Positions 1 to 9,872 of a stretch of DNA of 64,000 nt are shown here, piece after piece. A program made the translations under genes and the position numbers. The notes beneath the pieces are model-generated. The model had not been told where the DNA came from. It worked only from the letters and a program-made list of their open reading frames with translations, and searched no databases. Source of the DNA: Chloroflexota bacterium (GTDB lineage: Bacteria > Chloroflexota > UBA11872 > VXNJ01); contig OZ252242.1 in NCBI GenBank assembly GCA_965249595.1, positions 197,433 through 261,432 of the forward strand, written 5' to 3'. The first letter of the stretch is position 1. Each line of letters starts with the position of its first letter.

Positions 1-236
1 ACAAGGGCTTCGTGAAGATGATTGCCGATGGTGTCAGCGGCGAACTGTTGGGGGTCCACGTGCTGGGGCCGGAGGGGCCGGACCTGATCCACGAGGCGGT
101 CGTGGCAATGCACTATCGGGCCACCGTGCAGGACTTCTGCCGCATCCCGCACTTGCATCCGACACTGGCCGAAATCATGATTGAACCGGCTGAAATGCTC
201 GCATCGCAGCTATCTCTCGCAACGGCGGCAAATTAG
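1..236 (+). CDS. C-terminal dimerisation domain of a pyridine nucleotide-disulphide oxidoreductase (dihydrolipoamide dehydrogenase-like), 5' end cut by the window edge
   Basis: KGFVKMIAD..GELLGVHVLGP..DLIHE..HPTLAE motif; no C-terminal Cys-Cys, so not MerA. Confidence 0.85.
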   Translation, partial: KGFVKMIADGVSGELLGVHVLGPEGPDLIHEAVVAMHYRATVQDFCRIPHLHPTLAEIMIEPAEMLASQLSLATAAN

Positions 237-1121
237 TTGGCGGCCCGGGCGCGCCGCGATTTGCGCGAACGGATGACCGAAGCTGAACTGATCGGCTGGC
301 AAGAGATTGGCGGGTCCGATTTAGCCCTCTTTCAAATCGCCCGTACCGACGGTGAGCCATTCTTTAATTTCCGGGCCGGTCAGTATGCGCAATTGGCTTT
401 CTGGGACCAACCCGACGACGACCCGCGTCCGCGCCAACTCTCGATTGCTTCGGCGCCGAGCGCCAAGGACACGCTGGAGTTCTACGTCGTTCTGGTTCGT
501 GACGGAGGCGCCAATGGCCAGAGCCTTGGATATTTCACCGGAACTCTCTGGCAGCACCGCACGCCCGGTTCCAAGCTCTTGTACATGGGGCCGGCCGGGC
601 GATTCGACCTGGAGCGCACGAAAGAGGCCGAGGTCATATGCGTGGCCACCGGCACCGGATTGGCCCCGTTCGTGGCAATGGCCCGCGAGCAGCAGATCGA
701 ATTGGCCAACGGGCAGCCGCCCACCCGTCGCCTGACCATCATTCACGGAGTGAGCTATGCCAAGGAACTGGGCTACCGCGAGGAGCTCGAGGCACTGGCG
801 GCCATTCCCGAAATGAACTTGACCTACCTGCCCACCGTCTCGCGCCCGGATCAGGATCCCGATTTTTCACCGGCCATTTCACGCGGACGGGCCAACGACC
901 TTACGCGGTTGCTGCTGGGGGCGCCGCCCAGCGGGCCGGTGGCCCCGGTATTGGCCGGCACCGTACCCGGTAATCTGACCGATAAACTCGGGCCGGGCCG
1001 GTCGGCCTTCTATCTTTGCGGCAACCCGGACATGATCGCCGATATCCAGTTGGTGCTCGGTCCCGATGGGTACGTGCTCAAGGGGCGCGACGCCCAGGTA
1101 ATAACCGAGGATTATTGGTAA
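237..1121 (+). CDS. fpr: Ferredoxin/flavodoxin-NADP+ reductase (bacterial Fpr type)
   Basis: FRAGQY, RxxSIAS, ATGTGLAPF, HGVS, YLCGNPDMI and C-terminal EDYW; alternative ATG at 273. Confidence 0.85.
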   Translation: MAARARRDLRERMTEAELIGWQEIGGSDLALFQIARTDGEPFFNFRAGQYAQLAFWDQPDDDPRPRQLSIASAPSAKDTLEFYVVLVRDGGANGQSLGYFTGTLWQHRTPGSKLLYMGPAGRFDLERTKEAEVICVATGTGLAPFVAMAREQQIELANGQPPTRRLTIIHGVSYAKELGYREELEALAAIPEMNLTYLPTVSRPDQDPDFSPAISRGRANDLTRLLLGAPPSGPVAPVLAGTVPGNLTDKLGPGRSAFYLCGNPDMIADIQLVLGPDGYVLKGRDAQVITEDYW

Positions 1122-1146
1122 TCGTTAAAAAGTACGGAGCAATTCC

Positions 1147-1839
1147 ATGGTTGAAGCACTGCCCGACGGCCTGGTTGAAGAACTGGCCGCCGTCGACAGC
1201 CCGACTATCGCCAACGCAATCGAGCCGATGAACGTGCGCGGGGGCCATGAGGGCTACCTGGGGCCGGATATTGGCTGTTATTTCCCGGAAATGGATTCGG
1301 TCTGCGGATACGCCGTCACCTGCACGATTCAGAGCGTGGACGATGGCGCGGACCAGGCGGTGGATAAGCGATTTGAATTCTTCGAAGCGATAGAGGCGTC
1401 ACCCAAGCCGGTTATCTGTGTCTTTAAGGACGTTTCCGATCAGCCGGCCCGCGCATCGCAATGGGGCGAGATGTTCACCACGTCGGTTAAGGCTCTAGGG
1501 GCGGTTGCGGTAGTTACCGACGGCGTGATTCGCGATCTGGCCGAGATCGAAGAAATCGGCGGAGTTCAGTTTTTCGCCGCCGGCGTCTGCGTCTCGCACG
1601 GCCATCTGGCCACCGTGGCGGTAAATGAACCGGTGCAAATCTCGGGCCTTTGGATACATCCCGGCGACATCCTTCACGGCGATCGCAACGGGGTGGTGAA
1701 GATCCCGCGCGAAGTCGCCGCCGACGTTCCGGCCGCGGTCGCCCAAGTGCGCAAGCGGGAAGGCGGGATTCTGGCCAACATGACACCGCAGATGACGGTG
1801 GCCGAGCTACGCAAGGTCTGGGGCCGCGGCGAGCACTGA
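1147..1839 (+). CDS. RraA/HMG-aldolase family protein
   Basis: SPTIANAIE, GYAVT, WGE, TDGVIRD and PGDILHGDRNGV motifs. Confidence 0.85.
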   Translation: MVEALPDGLVEELAAVDSPTIANAIEPMNVRGGHEGYLGPDIGCYFPEMDSVCGYAVTCTIQSVDDGADQAVDKRFEFFEAIEASPKPVICVFKDVSDQPARASQWGEMFTTSVKALGAVAVVTDGVIRDLAEIEEIGGVQFFAAGVCVSHGHLATVAVNEPVQISGLWIHPGDILHGDRNGVVKIPREVAADVPAAVAQVRKREGGILANMTPQMTVAELRKVWGRGEH

Positions 1840-1885
1840 GCGCAGCGACCGCCGGGAAGCGGCGGCCGCTTTTGCGGCAGGGCGC

Positions 1886-2632
1886 TTGCGTAAATTGCTC
1901 GGCGCCATGGGCGTCGGCGTTGAATATTTGGCGACCGCGACGTCGACTAACGACGTCGCCCGAGCGCGTTTGCGCGAAGGGGCCGACCTGCCACTGGCGG
2001 TCCTGGCCGATTCCCAATCGGCGGGGCGTGGCCGGCGCGGCGCGGCCTGGCAGACACCGCCCGGCGAAGCCCTGGCCCTCACCCTGGCCTGCCGCGCCGC
2101 GCAGGCTGATTCATTCGATCTGACCCGCTGCGCCAGTTTGGCGTTAGCTGCCGCCCTTGAGGACGCCGGTTGTACCCAGGTGGGCATCAAATGGCCCAAC
2201 GACGTGTTGCTCGGTGACGCCAAGATTGGCGGAATCCTGATTGAATCGTTCGGTGACCGTCACGCCATCGGCATTGGCGCCAATCTCAACAACGATTCGT
2301 CGCAATTGGCCGATCTTGCCTATCCGGCCACCTCGGCAGCTGATCAATTGGGCCGGCGCGTCGACCGCGAGCAGGTCGCCGCCGCCGTAATCGGGCAGCT
2401 GGTCGGGCTGATCGCCGAGCTGCCGGCCAACCGCAAATCCCAGCACCGCCGGTGGGTCCGGCGCTCGGTACTCATCGGCCGCCGGATTGAGATGAGTAAG
2501 GCGGGCCGAATCATTACCGGCACCGTCTCCGGCTTGCGTCAGGACGGGGCCATCGGCATCGGCAGCCAGGGAACCATTTGCTGGCACCATTACGGATCCG
2601 TCGACAAGATACTTGCCGAGCCGTCCGCATGA
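1886..2632 (+). CDS. birA: Biotin-[acetyl-CoA carboxylase] ligase without an N-terminal HTH
   Basis: STND, QSAGRGRRG..W, KWPND, KIGGILIE and IGIGAN motifs. Confidence 0.92.
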   Translation: MRKLLGAMGVGVEYLATATSTNDVARARLREGADLPLAVLADSQSAGRGRRGAAWQTPPGEALALTLACRAAQADSFDLTRCASLALAAALEDAGCTQVGIKWPNDVLLGDAKIGGILIESFGDRHAIGIGANLNNDSSQLADLAYPATSAADQLGRRVDREQVAAAVIGQLVGLIAELPANRKSQHRRWVRRSVLIGRRIEMSKAGRIITGTVSGLRQDGAIGIGSQGTICWHHYGSVDKILAEPSA

Positions 2633-2834
2633 TTCCAGCCCCCGGCCGCTGAATCCGACCGGCCAGACGGGTCGGTCGGTGATCGTGTTTGCCGAAATTG
2701 GCCATTGCCACGGCAAAAATATTGCGACTCGGTAAGGGCGATAGGGCAGCGTGTGCCGGACGACCGCCCGAATCGAAACTGAAATAAAATCGGATTCGTC
2801 CGTTTAAACCTTAAAAAAGCCGCCCGGCCAAAAT

Positions 2835-3899
2835 ATGACCCAAACACGCGCCGACCAGGTCATCGATGCGATGCGCGGGGTTTATGACCCCGAGATCCAC
2901 AAAGACCTAGTCACCCTCAATATGGTCCGCAACGTCAAGGTAACTGGCGATGACGTCTCGTTGACCGTCGTCTTAACCACCCCGGCTTGTCCACTCCGCG
3001 GAGAGATCGATTCACGCGTACGCGCCGGATTGGCGACTCTGGGTTGGGTTGGCAGCGCCGATATCGAAATGACCGCCGAAGTCGGATCCCGAACAAATTC
3101 GCCGTCGTCTTCGCTGCCGGGCGTAAAAAACGCGGTTGCCGTGGCATCGGGCAAGGGCGGCGTCGGCAAAAGCACGACCTCGGTAAACCTGGCCGTGGCC
3201 TTACATGCCCAGGGCGCCAAGGTGGGATTGCTAGATGCCGATGTCTACGGACCGAATATCCCGTTGATGATGGGTGCCAGCGGCTCCCCCACCGCCCAGG
3301 GAGGGCGAATCCAGGCAATCGAATCCTATGGAATCAAGCTGATGTCGTTGGGTTTTATGCTCGATGACGACACGCCGGTTATCTGGCGTGGGCCGATGAT
3401 CGCCGGCGCGCTAAAGCAGTTAATCGGCGATGTCGATTGGGGTGATCTCGACTACCTGATCGTCGACTTGCCACCGGGTACCGGCGACGCTTCCCTTTCA
3501 CTGGCCCAATTGATCCCTCTCACCGGGGCGGTAATCGTGTCGACACCGCAGGAAGTGGCGCTGCAAGACGTACGCCGAGCGATTTCGATGTTTGAACGCC
3601 TCAGCGTTGATGTGCTCGGACTTATTGAAAACATGTCGTTCTTCGACAGCCCGGGCGGCGAACGAATTGAGATCTTCGGTCACGGCGGTGCAAGGCGGGC
3701 TGCCGAACGGATGGAGATTCCCTTTTTCGGCGAACTGCCGCTCGATCCGGCAATTCGCGAGGGCGGCGACTCAGGACGCCCGGTGGCGCTGTTTGGCTCG
3801 AATCAACTGGTCGACACTTACCGCGCTATCTCATCGCGCGTGGCGGCTGCAATATCGGTGAAAAACTTAGAGCGCGTAGAACCGCTGCCGATGCTCTAA
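2835..3899 (+). CDS. mrp: Mrp/ApbC (NBP35) Fe-S cluster carrier ATPase with N-terminal DUF59 domain
   Basis: DPEI..LTTPACP, SGKGGVGKST, DADVYGPN, WRGP, DLPPGTGD and ENMS. Confidence 0.95.
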   Translation: MTQTRADQVIDAMRGVYDPEIHKDLVTLNMVRNVKVTGDDVSLTVVLTTPACPLRGEIDSRVRAGLATLGWVGSADIEMTAEVGSRTNSPSSSLPGVKNAVAVASGKGGVGKSTTSVNLAVALHAQGAKVGLLDADVYGPNIPLMMGASGSPTAQGGRIQAIESYGIKLMSLGFMLDDDTPVIWRGPMIAGALKQLIGDVDWGDLDYLIVDLPPGTGDASLSLAQLIPLTGAVIVSTPQEVALQDVRRAISMFERLSVDVLGLIENMSFFDSPGGERIEIFGHGGARRAAERMEIPFFGELPLDPAIREGGDSGRPVALFGSNQLVDTYRAISSRVAAAISVKNLERVEPLPML

Positions 3900-4013
3900 C
3901 CGGGGACGAAACGCCGCTTTGGGCGGGCAACCAATCCCGTGCACCCGAATTGGCCGACCGGCTTTGAATAGAGTACGCACGCGGAACCGATTAAACGGAC
4001 CGAAATCAGGTCG

Positions 4014-4610
4014 TTATACCGATTTGGCTGTGCCGGTGGTATACCAGCGCAGAACAAAAACGCCGGTGAGCATCAGCAGGATAAATCCGATCGCTATCGT
4101 GCCGGTGTAAGCCTCCACCAATCCGCGAATCTGCTCGCCGAATATCAAAAGGGCGGTGCCGACGGCCAGAAATCGGATCGACCGACCGACCAGCGAGACC
4201 ACCATGAACCGGCGAAAGTCGACTCGGCACATTCCGGCGCCGATGGCAAACACCTTGTAGGGAAGCGGCGTAAGGCAGGCCAGCAGTATCGCAAGGGTGT
4301 CATTCTGCTGGTACTTGGCCTCCACCAATGAGACGGTATCCGGGTCAATGAAGCGGTCCACCAGCGGGCGGCCACCACGCAGGCCTATCCAATAGCCGAG
4401 CGCTGCCCCCAGCAGCGAACCGAGGGTGCAGAGCCCGGCCAAGGGAATTGCCAGGCGGGGATCGGCGAGCGCCAAGACGATCAGTAGACCGTCCGGCGGC
4501 ACCGGAAAAAAACTTGAGTCCCAAAACGAGACCACGAAAAGCGCCGCCCAGGCAAAGGGTGAATCGCCCCAGGAAAGAACCCATTGCGAAAGGTCGGCCA
4601 GGACGTCCAT
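4014..4610 (-). CDS. YqaA/DedA (VTT/SNARE-associated) membrane protein
   Basis: SSFFPVPPD, GSLLGA..GY.IG, TPLPYKVF and GRSIRF motifs; hydrophobic. Confidence 0.88.
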   Translation of the reverse strand: MDVLADLSQWVLSWGDSPFAWAALFVVSFWDSSFFPVPPDGLLIVLALADPRLAIPLAGLCTLGSLLGAALGYWIGLRGGRPLVDRFIDPDTVSLVEAKYQQNDTLAILLACLTPLPYKVFAIGAGMCRVDFRRFMVVSLVGRSIRFLAVGTALLIFGEQIRGLVEAYTGTIAIGFILLMLTGVFVLRWYTTGTAKSV

Positions 4611-5285
4611 CTAGCTGCCAACCGGACTCTCGGATAGCCCTGATTCCCAGTTGAGTTGCTGCCGGCAGGGACCGAACGTGAGTCGATGCTGCGTGCTAGG
4701 ACCCAACCGCCGAATTGCCGCTACGTGGTCCAATGTGCCGTATCCAACATTGCGGTCAAAGGTGAATTCGGCAAACAACGGAGCAATCCGATTCATATGG
4801 GCATCACGGGCAACTTTGGCGCAAATGGATGCCGCCGCCACGCTCAATGCTCGGCCATCGGCGCGCGGCAGCGCCAAGAATCGCTCGGGCACCACCGTTC
4901 CGCTCAACACCATCGCGTCAGATATGACGGCCTGCGGACGCGGACGCAGCTGGGCCAATGCAGCAATCATCGCGACCCGCACGGCGGCGGCGATACCGAT
5001 GCGATCGATCATCGACGGTTCAACCCAACCTAACCCCACCGAATTGGCCTGTTGCCAAATTCGCTCGCTGAGGCCGACCCGGCGCGCCGGCGCAACGACC
5101 TTTGAATCATTGACCCCGGCCAAGCGACGGCGATTACGGATCATATTTGCGTCGATTAGCACCGCGCCGGCGCACACCGGGCCGGCCAGGGCGCCGCGTC
5201 CCACCTCATCAACGCCGGCTATCAGGTCGATCCCCTCTTCGAGCAAATCGTGCTCGATAACCAAGCGGGGAAGGGAGCGGGGCAA
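4611..5285 (-). CDS. rnhB: Ribonuclease HII
   Basis: GVDEVGRGALAGPV, DSK, AAASI.AKV.RD and GYGT..H; next to rplS. Confidence 0.95.
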   Translation of the reverse strand: MPRSLPRLVIEHDLLEEGIDLIAGVDEVGRGALAGPVCAGAVLIDANMIRNRRRLAGVNDSKVVAPARRVGLSERIWQQANSVGLGWVEPSMIDRIGIAAAVRVAMIAALAQLRPRPQAVISDAMVLSGTVVPERFLALPRADGRALSVAAASICAKVARDAHMNRIAPLFAEFTFDRNVGYGTLDHVAAIRRLGPSTQHRLTFGPCRQQLNWESGLSESPVGS

Positions 5286-5377
5286 ATTTGGCGCGGCTGT
5301 CGGGGATGGGCTCCCTAACGCACGATCAGTTGCGCTAATTCCTCGCTGAGAAACCCGCTGAAATTACGATCTACGGG

Positions 5378-5731
5378 TCAGCGCCGGGATGCTTCGCGCA
5401 CCCGGGCCGCTCGGCCCTTGCGATCGCGCAGGTAGTAGAGTTTTGCCCGCCGCACGCGGCCCCGCCGTACGACATCGAAGTGGTCGATTACCGGCGAGTG
5501 CAAATGAAAACACCGCTCCACGCCGATTCCGGCGTGCGAGATGCGACGCACCGTAAATGTTTCTTGCAATCCGCCACCGCGGCGCTTTATGACCACGCCC
5601 TCAAAAGCCTGGATGCGCTCGCGTTGACCTTCGCGAACTTTTACGTGCACACGGACCGTATCGCCGGGGCCAAATTCAGGTATGTCGTCGCGCAGTAGCT
5701 CGCGGTCGAGTTCAGCAATGATCAAGGACAT
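5378..5731 (-). CDS. rplS: 50S ribosomal protein L19
   Basis: [33 protein letters not shown] and RRAKLYYLR. Confidence 0.99.
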   Translation of the reverse strand: MSLIIAELDRELLRDDIPEFGPGDTVRVHVKVREGQRERIQAFEGVVIKRRGGGLQETFTVRRISHAGIGVERCFHLHSPVIDHFDVVRRGRVRRAKLYYLRDRKGRAARVREASRR

Positions 5732-5774
5732 AAAGACAACACGTTATCGGCGGACAGAGGGCATTTGGCGCAAC

Positions 5775-5815
5775 GGCTACGGATTTTAATTCAAACGCCG
5801 GTAGGCTACGGATTT
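5775..5815. repeat. 12-bp direct repeat GGCTACGGATTT x2 upstream of rplS
   Basis: Exact copies at 5775-5786 and 5804-5815. Confidence 0.6.
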
Positions 5816-6525
5816 CAGTCCCAGTCAAAGCCAGAGCCGGCCCGATTGCGCGGACTGGCAATCCGCACTGCTCCGCAATCTAACGTCGCACCAAGCACGG
5901 CGGCCGACGTTTGGGTCCAATCCAGAGCCAATTGGGCGGCCGGCTGCCAAGACTGCGAGGGCTTCATGCCAGCGTCCTCCAATCCCGCGCGCCGGGCCTG
6001 CGCCGCGGCCACGTTTACGACCAGAGCGCGATCTTCGAAAGTGACGGTTGCCACCTGGCGCTCAAATGCGGCGCGCGCGGTGCGCCGTACCTGGCCGATC
6101 CAAGGACCATGGTCGGCGACAAGCTTGGCGGATGTGGCGTTTAACAGCTTGAGTCTTGCGTTTAGGCGATCGGAATCTAAAAGGTCGAGTCGACCGCGCG
6201 CCGGCAGCTCGATCACCGCGGCGATCCAACGTCCGCCGGCGTTAAGGCAGGCGTCAAATAGCGATAGCATCGCCGCAACATCGCCGACTAGCACTTCTCC
6301 TGGTCCGCTCTGGCAGCGCAGGCCCAGCTCGTAGGCCGCCAGCAGGGAATTGACGGCGGCGGCGGCTAGCGGGCGATGGGCAAGATCGTCGGCCGCCTCA
6401 GCGACGACGGCGGGTATGAGGGCTGGTAAGCCGGCTTCCCGCAGCCGAATTCCAGCTGCTGCGAGGTCGGGATTGGAGCCGGCCCGGATATCGCCGGCCC
6501 GGTTAAACGCGTCGGTGAAGGACAT
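5815..6525 (-). CDS. Hypothetical protein resembling a degenerate trans-polyprenyl diphosphate synthase fold without DDxxD motifs
   Basis: LIPAVV, LAAAAVNSL, VLVGD, GRLDL and NATSAKL align by eye with LRPAL, AAAVELLH, ILAGD, GQxLDL and KTAAL. Confidence 0.5.
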   Translation of the reverse strand: MSFTDAFNRAGDIRAGSNPDLAAAGIRLREAGLPALIPAVVAEAADDLAHRPLAAAAVNSLLAAYELGLRCQSGPGEVLVGDVAAMLSLFDACLNAGGRWIAAVIELPARGRLDLLDSDRLNARLKLLNATSAKLVADHGPWIGQVRRTARAAFERQVATVTFEDRALVVNVAAAQARRAGLEDAGMKPSQSWQPAAQLALDWTQTSAAVLGATLDCGAVRIASPRNRAGSGFDWD

Positions 6526-6661
6526 CTGATCGGCTCGGAACGGTTAGCTGGCAAATCTTAAAAGAAAGGGCGGGCAACGCACGGGCAAAGCCCCGGCCGC
6601 AAGTTTTTCTGAAAATCGTTGGCCTTCCTTCCCAGGCGCCACAACCGATGACCAACCCGTA

Positions 6662-8026
6662 ATGATCCCGCCACCGTGCTGGCCGCGTCCGGCCGCGGCG
6701 GTCATCGCCCTATTGATCGGGTTGTTGCTTTCCGGTTGCAGCGAGAGGCCGGAAGGCTCGCTTGAACCGGTTTCGGGTTCAGATTCCAACCCATGGTCGA
6801 CCGCGGCGGCGGCGGATTGGCCCGCTGCCGACGAACCCGCCGAGGGCTACCGCGGGATCGAATTTGCAGTCGTCGCTGCGACCGTGAGCCGGGTACGCGG
6901 CCTTGAACGCGACCTGATGGTCCCGCAGATCATTTCCGTTTCCCAGGCTCGAGCGGACCTGACGCAATACGTTCACGCTGAGGATGCCGAGGCCGCCGAT
7001 CACGGTGACCGGATATACCGATTGCTCGGCGTGCTGGGCCCCGGCGAACGCTACAACGACTTCTATCTGGCCGAATTATCCGATCAAATTTTGGGGTTCT
7101 ACGATTCTGACGATGACGAAATCTTTCTGGTTGACAAGCGGGAATTGCCAACTACATCGGCGGTACTCACGTTTAGCCATGAGTATGTCCACGCCCTCCA
7201 ACAATCCCATTTCGATATCGCCGCGCTGCTCGACGATATCGAACCGCTGGACCATGACCGCCGACTGGCCCTGCTCGCATTGATAGAAGGCGACGCCTCG
7301 ATATTTGGGCTCGAAGCGGTGCGCCAGTTGGCCGCGCTTGACGAAACAGTTGACCTCGGCCAATTGCGCGATATTGAACCGGCATCGACGCGGGATCTCA
7401 CCCGCGCCGGGCAATTGGCGCGAGCGGTCATTGAATACACCTATCTGCGGGGGTCGGCCTTCGCGTTTGCGCTGTACGCCGCTGATGGCATTGCCGCGAT
7501 AAACGCCCTCTATGCGAATCCGCCCCCCACGACTGCCCTAATCAATGGCTTTGCGCCGGCACCCGGTTCAGGCGACCGCGCAGAATTCGACGATCCGCAA
7601 TTCCCCTGCTGGCAGGTAGTCGCCGAAGCCCAATTCGGGCAATTCCTGCTCGGGGCCGTTCTTAGCCAGCGTCCGCATCCTCAAGTCCTTGGCCCGGCCG
7701 GTTGGGTAGACGACCATCTGATGCTCCTAAGCAGCGGATCGCAGGATCTGTTGTTGCTAAGGGTTGTTTTTGACCAAGATCATGCGGCGGCCACATTTAA
7801 GAACGGTCTCGATGACCACATCGCCGGAGGCGGTATTCCTGTTGTTCGGGACAATAACCCGGGTCAGGGAGAAGTTCGGACCGTCTCGACCGCCATTTCC
7901 GGCCACGCGGTGACGCTGGCGGTAGGCGACCACGCCCTCTCGGTCGATCGTGGAATTACAGAACTGAGCAGTAACGGTCGATCGTCGGTCGAAGCGGCCG
8001 ATTTCTGCCCAGATTCAGCCGGCTAG
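6662..8026 (+). CDS. Lipoprotein with a gluzincin-type zinc metallopeptidase motif
   Basis: Lipobox LLSGC; GFYD, HEYVHALQ..HF and ALIEGDA. Confidence 0.75.
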   Translation: MIPPPCWPRPAAAVIALLIGLLLSGCSERPEGSLEPVSGSDSNPWSTAAAADWPAADEPAEGYRGIEFAVVAATVSRVRGLERDLMVPQIISVSQARADLTQYVHAEDAEAADHGDRIYRLLGVLGPGERYNDFYLAELSDQILGFYDSDDDEIFLVDKRELPTTSAVLTFSHEYVHALQQSHFDIAALLDDIEPLDHDRRLALLALIEGDASIFGLEAVRQLAALDETVDLGQLRDIEPASTRDLTRAGQLARAVIEYTYLRGSAFAFALYAADGIAAINALYANPPPTTALINGFAPAPGSGDRAEFDDPQFPCWQVVAEAQFGQFLLGAVLSQRPHPQVLGPAGWVDDHLMLLSSGSQDLLLLRVVFDQDHAAATFKNGLDDHIAGGGIPVVRDNNPGQGEVRTVSTAISGHAVTLAVGDHALSVDRGITELSSNGRSSVEAADFCPDSAG

Positions 8027-8641
8027 AAAGGCCTCCCACAGCAGACCAATTTGCTCCAACAGGTCTGCTTCGCTCTCGCCGTTGAATATCAATCGCGCCG
8101 GCACCCCGGGGCACCGGCTGGCAAACAGGGCCAGCTTATCGCGGGTATTCGACTGGGAATCAACGCGGGCGGCAGCGGCAGCGGGCGAAAGGGATCGGTT
8201 ACGGGCTAAGCGCTGCAGTTGAATGCGGCGCGGACTGGTCAGGATCCAGAGTTCATCGAGCAGCAGGGCGTTGCGTCCCTCGACCAGCTTTATTGCTTCC
8301 ACCACCCGCGGTTGCCCGGGGTCACCGGCGGCCAACCAGTGCGATACGCGATGAAATACACCGGGGTGAACAATCGCTTCCAGTTCGCGCATCGCCGTCG
8401 CGTCGGCAAACGCAATCGCCGCCAATGCCGCCCGATCGATTCCCGTCGGCGTGAGAAGGTCGGCGCCAAAGCGCTCGGCCACGGCCGCGGCCACCGGTTC
8501 GCCAGCCCGGTAAAGATCGCGGACGACCAGGTCAGAATCGATCACGGCAGCGCCGAGATCTCTCAAGTGCCTGCTGACCGTGGTCTTTCCGGTGGCGATA
8601 TTGCCGGTGATGCCCAGTACACGCGGACGCAATCCGTTCAA
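8015..8641 (-). CDS. coaE: Dephospho-CoA kinase
   Basis: GITGNIATGKTTV, IDSD, IDRAAL and LEAIVHP. Confidence 0.93.
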   Translation of the reverse strand: MNGLRPRVLGITGNIATGKTTVSRHLRDLGAAVIDSDLVVRDLYRAGEPVAAAVAERFGADLLTPTGIDRAALAAIAFADATAMRELEAIVHPGVFHRVSHWLAAGDPGQPRVVEAIKLVEGRNALLLDELWILTSPRRIQLQRLARNRSLSPAAAAARVDSQSNTRDKLALFASRCPGVPARLIFNGESEADLLEQIGLLWEAFLAG

Positions 8642-8744
8642 GGTCCGGACCGCCGCTGTCTGAGGTTGGAAGATGGTGGCAAATGTATGCGCATATTGTG
8701 AAGATGATATTTAGCGCCGGCCAAAGACGGAAATTTCGGCGCGA

Positions 8745-9872
8745 GTGGATATCGCCCGGGATAGGCCTTTGTCGCGAAATTCAACCCGACTCATCGATGT
8801 GGCGGCGGCCGTAGGGCGCCGAGCGCTGGGAAGAGTCTCACCGCGACCGGCGGTGGGCGCGGTCGTGGTCCGTGATGGCCAAATAGTCGGCGAAGGCTCA
8901 ACCTCCCCGCAATTTGGTCCACACGCCGAACCGCAGGCGCTTGAAGCGGCCGGCGCGCTGGCCCGCGGGGCCGATCTCTACGTCACTTTGGAACCCTGCG
9001 CCCACTTCGGCCACACGCCTCCTTGCACTCAGGCCATCATCGCGGCCGGTATCGCCCGCTGTCACATTGCCTGCTCCGATCCCAACCCGGTTTCCGGCAA
9101 CGGCGCGGCAATACTCCAAGCGGCCGGTATTGAGGTGACATTTGAAGATTCGGCGGCGGCTCGCGATGGGTTGAAAGGGTATCTCAAAACGTCGGCAACC
9201 GGCATGCCCTATGTAATAGCCAAGTGGGCGATGTCGCTCGACGGCCAGTTGACCAAGCGGGGTGGCGGGTACCTAACCGGTCCGGCGGCGCGGGCTCTGG
9301 TGCATCGTCGTCGATCCGAGGTTGACGCCATTGCAATCGGCTCGGGAACGGCATTGGCGGACGATCCGCTGCTCACGGTTCGATCACCAATCTTTAGCTC
9401 CAAGCAACCGTTGCGAGTAGTGCTCGATGGGCGCGGCCGCATTGGTGCAGACGCGGCAATGCTCAAGCAACCCGGTTCGACGGTGATATTTACCAGCGCC
9501 CCCGAATCCGGCACCCCGTTCCAATTTCGCCCGGATGGCCATCTGAGGGTTCGTGGGATCGAGCCGTCGCCGGCCGGCAATATCGACTCGGTGCTGGAGA
9601 ACCTGGCCGAAATGGGCGTACAGACCATTCTGCTCGAGGGAGGATCGCAAGTCCTGCGCTCGTTTTTTGCCGCCGGTCGAATCGACGAAGTCGAGGTGTT
9701 CTTAGCGGCGATCTTGGCCGATCTCGCTGGCGATGCCCCTGCGCCTTTAGAACCGGGCCAATCGACCGCTACGGATCTTGAATTGATCGAGTGGGCAAAT
9801 TTCGAGGGCGATCTTTGGGCCCGGTACCTGGTAAGGCCGAGCGCGGCTGCGGTCCGATCGGCGGAGAAATAG
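8745..9872 (+). CDS. ribD: Bifunctional riboflavin deaminase/reductase RibD
   Basis: HAE, TLEPCAHFGHTPPC, K.AMSLDG, DDPLLTVR and EGG. Confidence 0.95.
   Translation: MDIARDRPLSRNSTRLIDVAAAVGRRALGRVSPRPAVGAVVVRDGQIVGEGSTSPQFGPHAEPQALEAAGALARGADLYVTLEPCAHFGHTPPCTQAIIAAGIARCHIACSDPNPVSGNGAAILQAAGIEVTFEDSAAARDGLKGYLKTSATGMPYVIAKWAMSLDGQLTKRGGGYLTGPAARALVHRRRSEVDAIAIGSGTALADDPLLTVRSPIFSSKQPLRVVLDGRGRIGADAAMLKQPGSTVIFTSAPESGTPFQFRPDGHLRVRGIEPSPAGNIDSVLENLAEMGVQTILLEGGSQVLRSFFAAGRIDEVEVFLAAILADLAGDAPAPLEPGQSTATDLELIEWANFEGDLWARYLVRPSAAAVRSAEK

Noticed and set aside
1-236. Mercuric reductase MerA
   Set aside because: No C-terminal Cys-Cys pair and no mer genes nearby
2645-2785. c-di-AMP (ydaO) riboswitch, suggested by CCGCTGAATCC and TAGGG..CCCGAA
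   Set aside because: The core GGGGGAACC, GGGGTGAAT and CAGCTAAC elements are missing
8642-8744. FMN riboswitch before ribD
   Set aside because: No RFN consensus and the gap is only about 100 bp; only a 10-bp palindrome (TATGCGCATA) of unknown meaning is present
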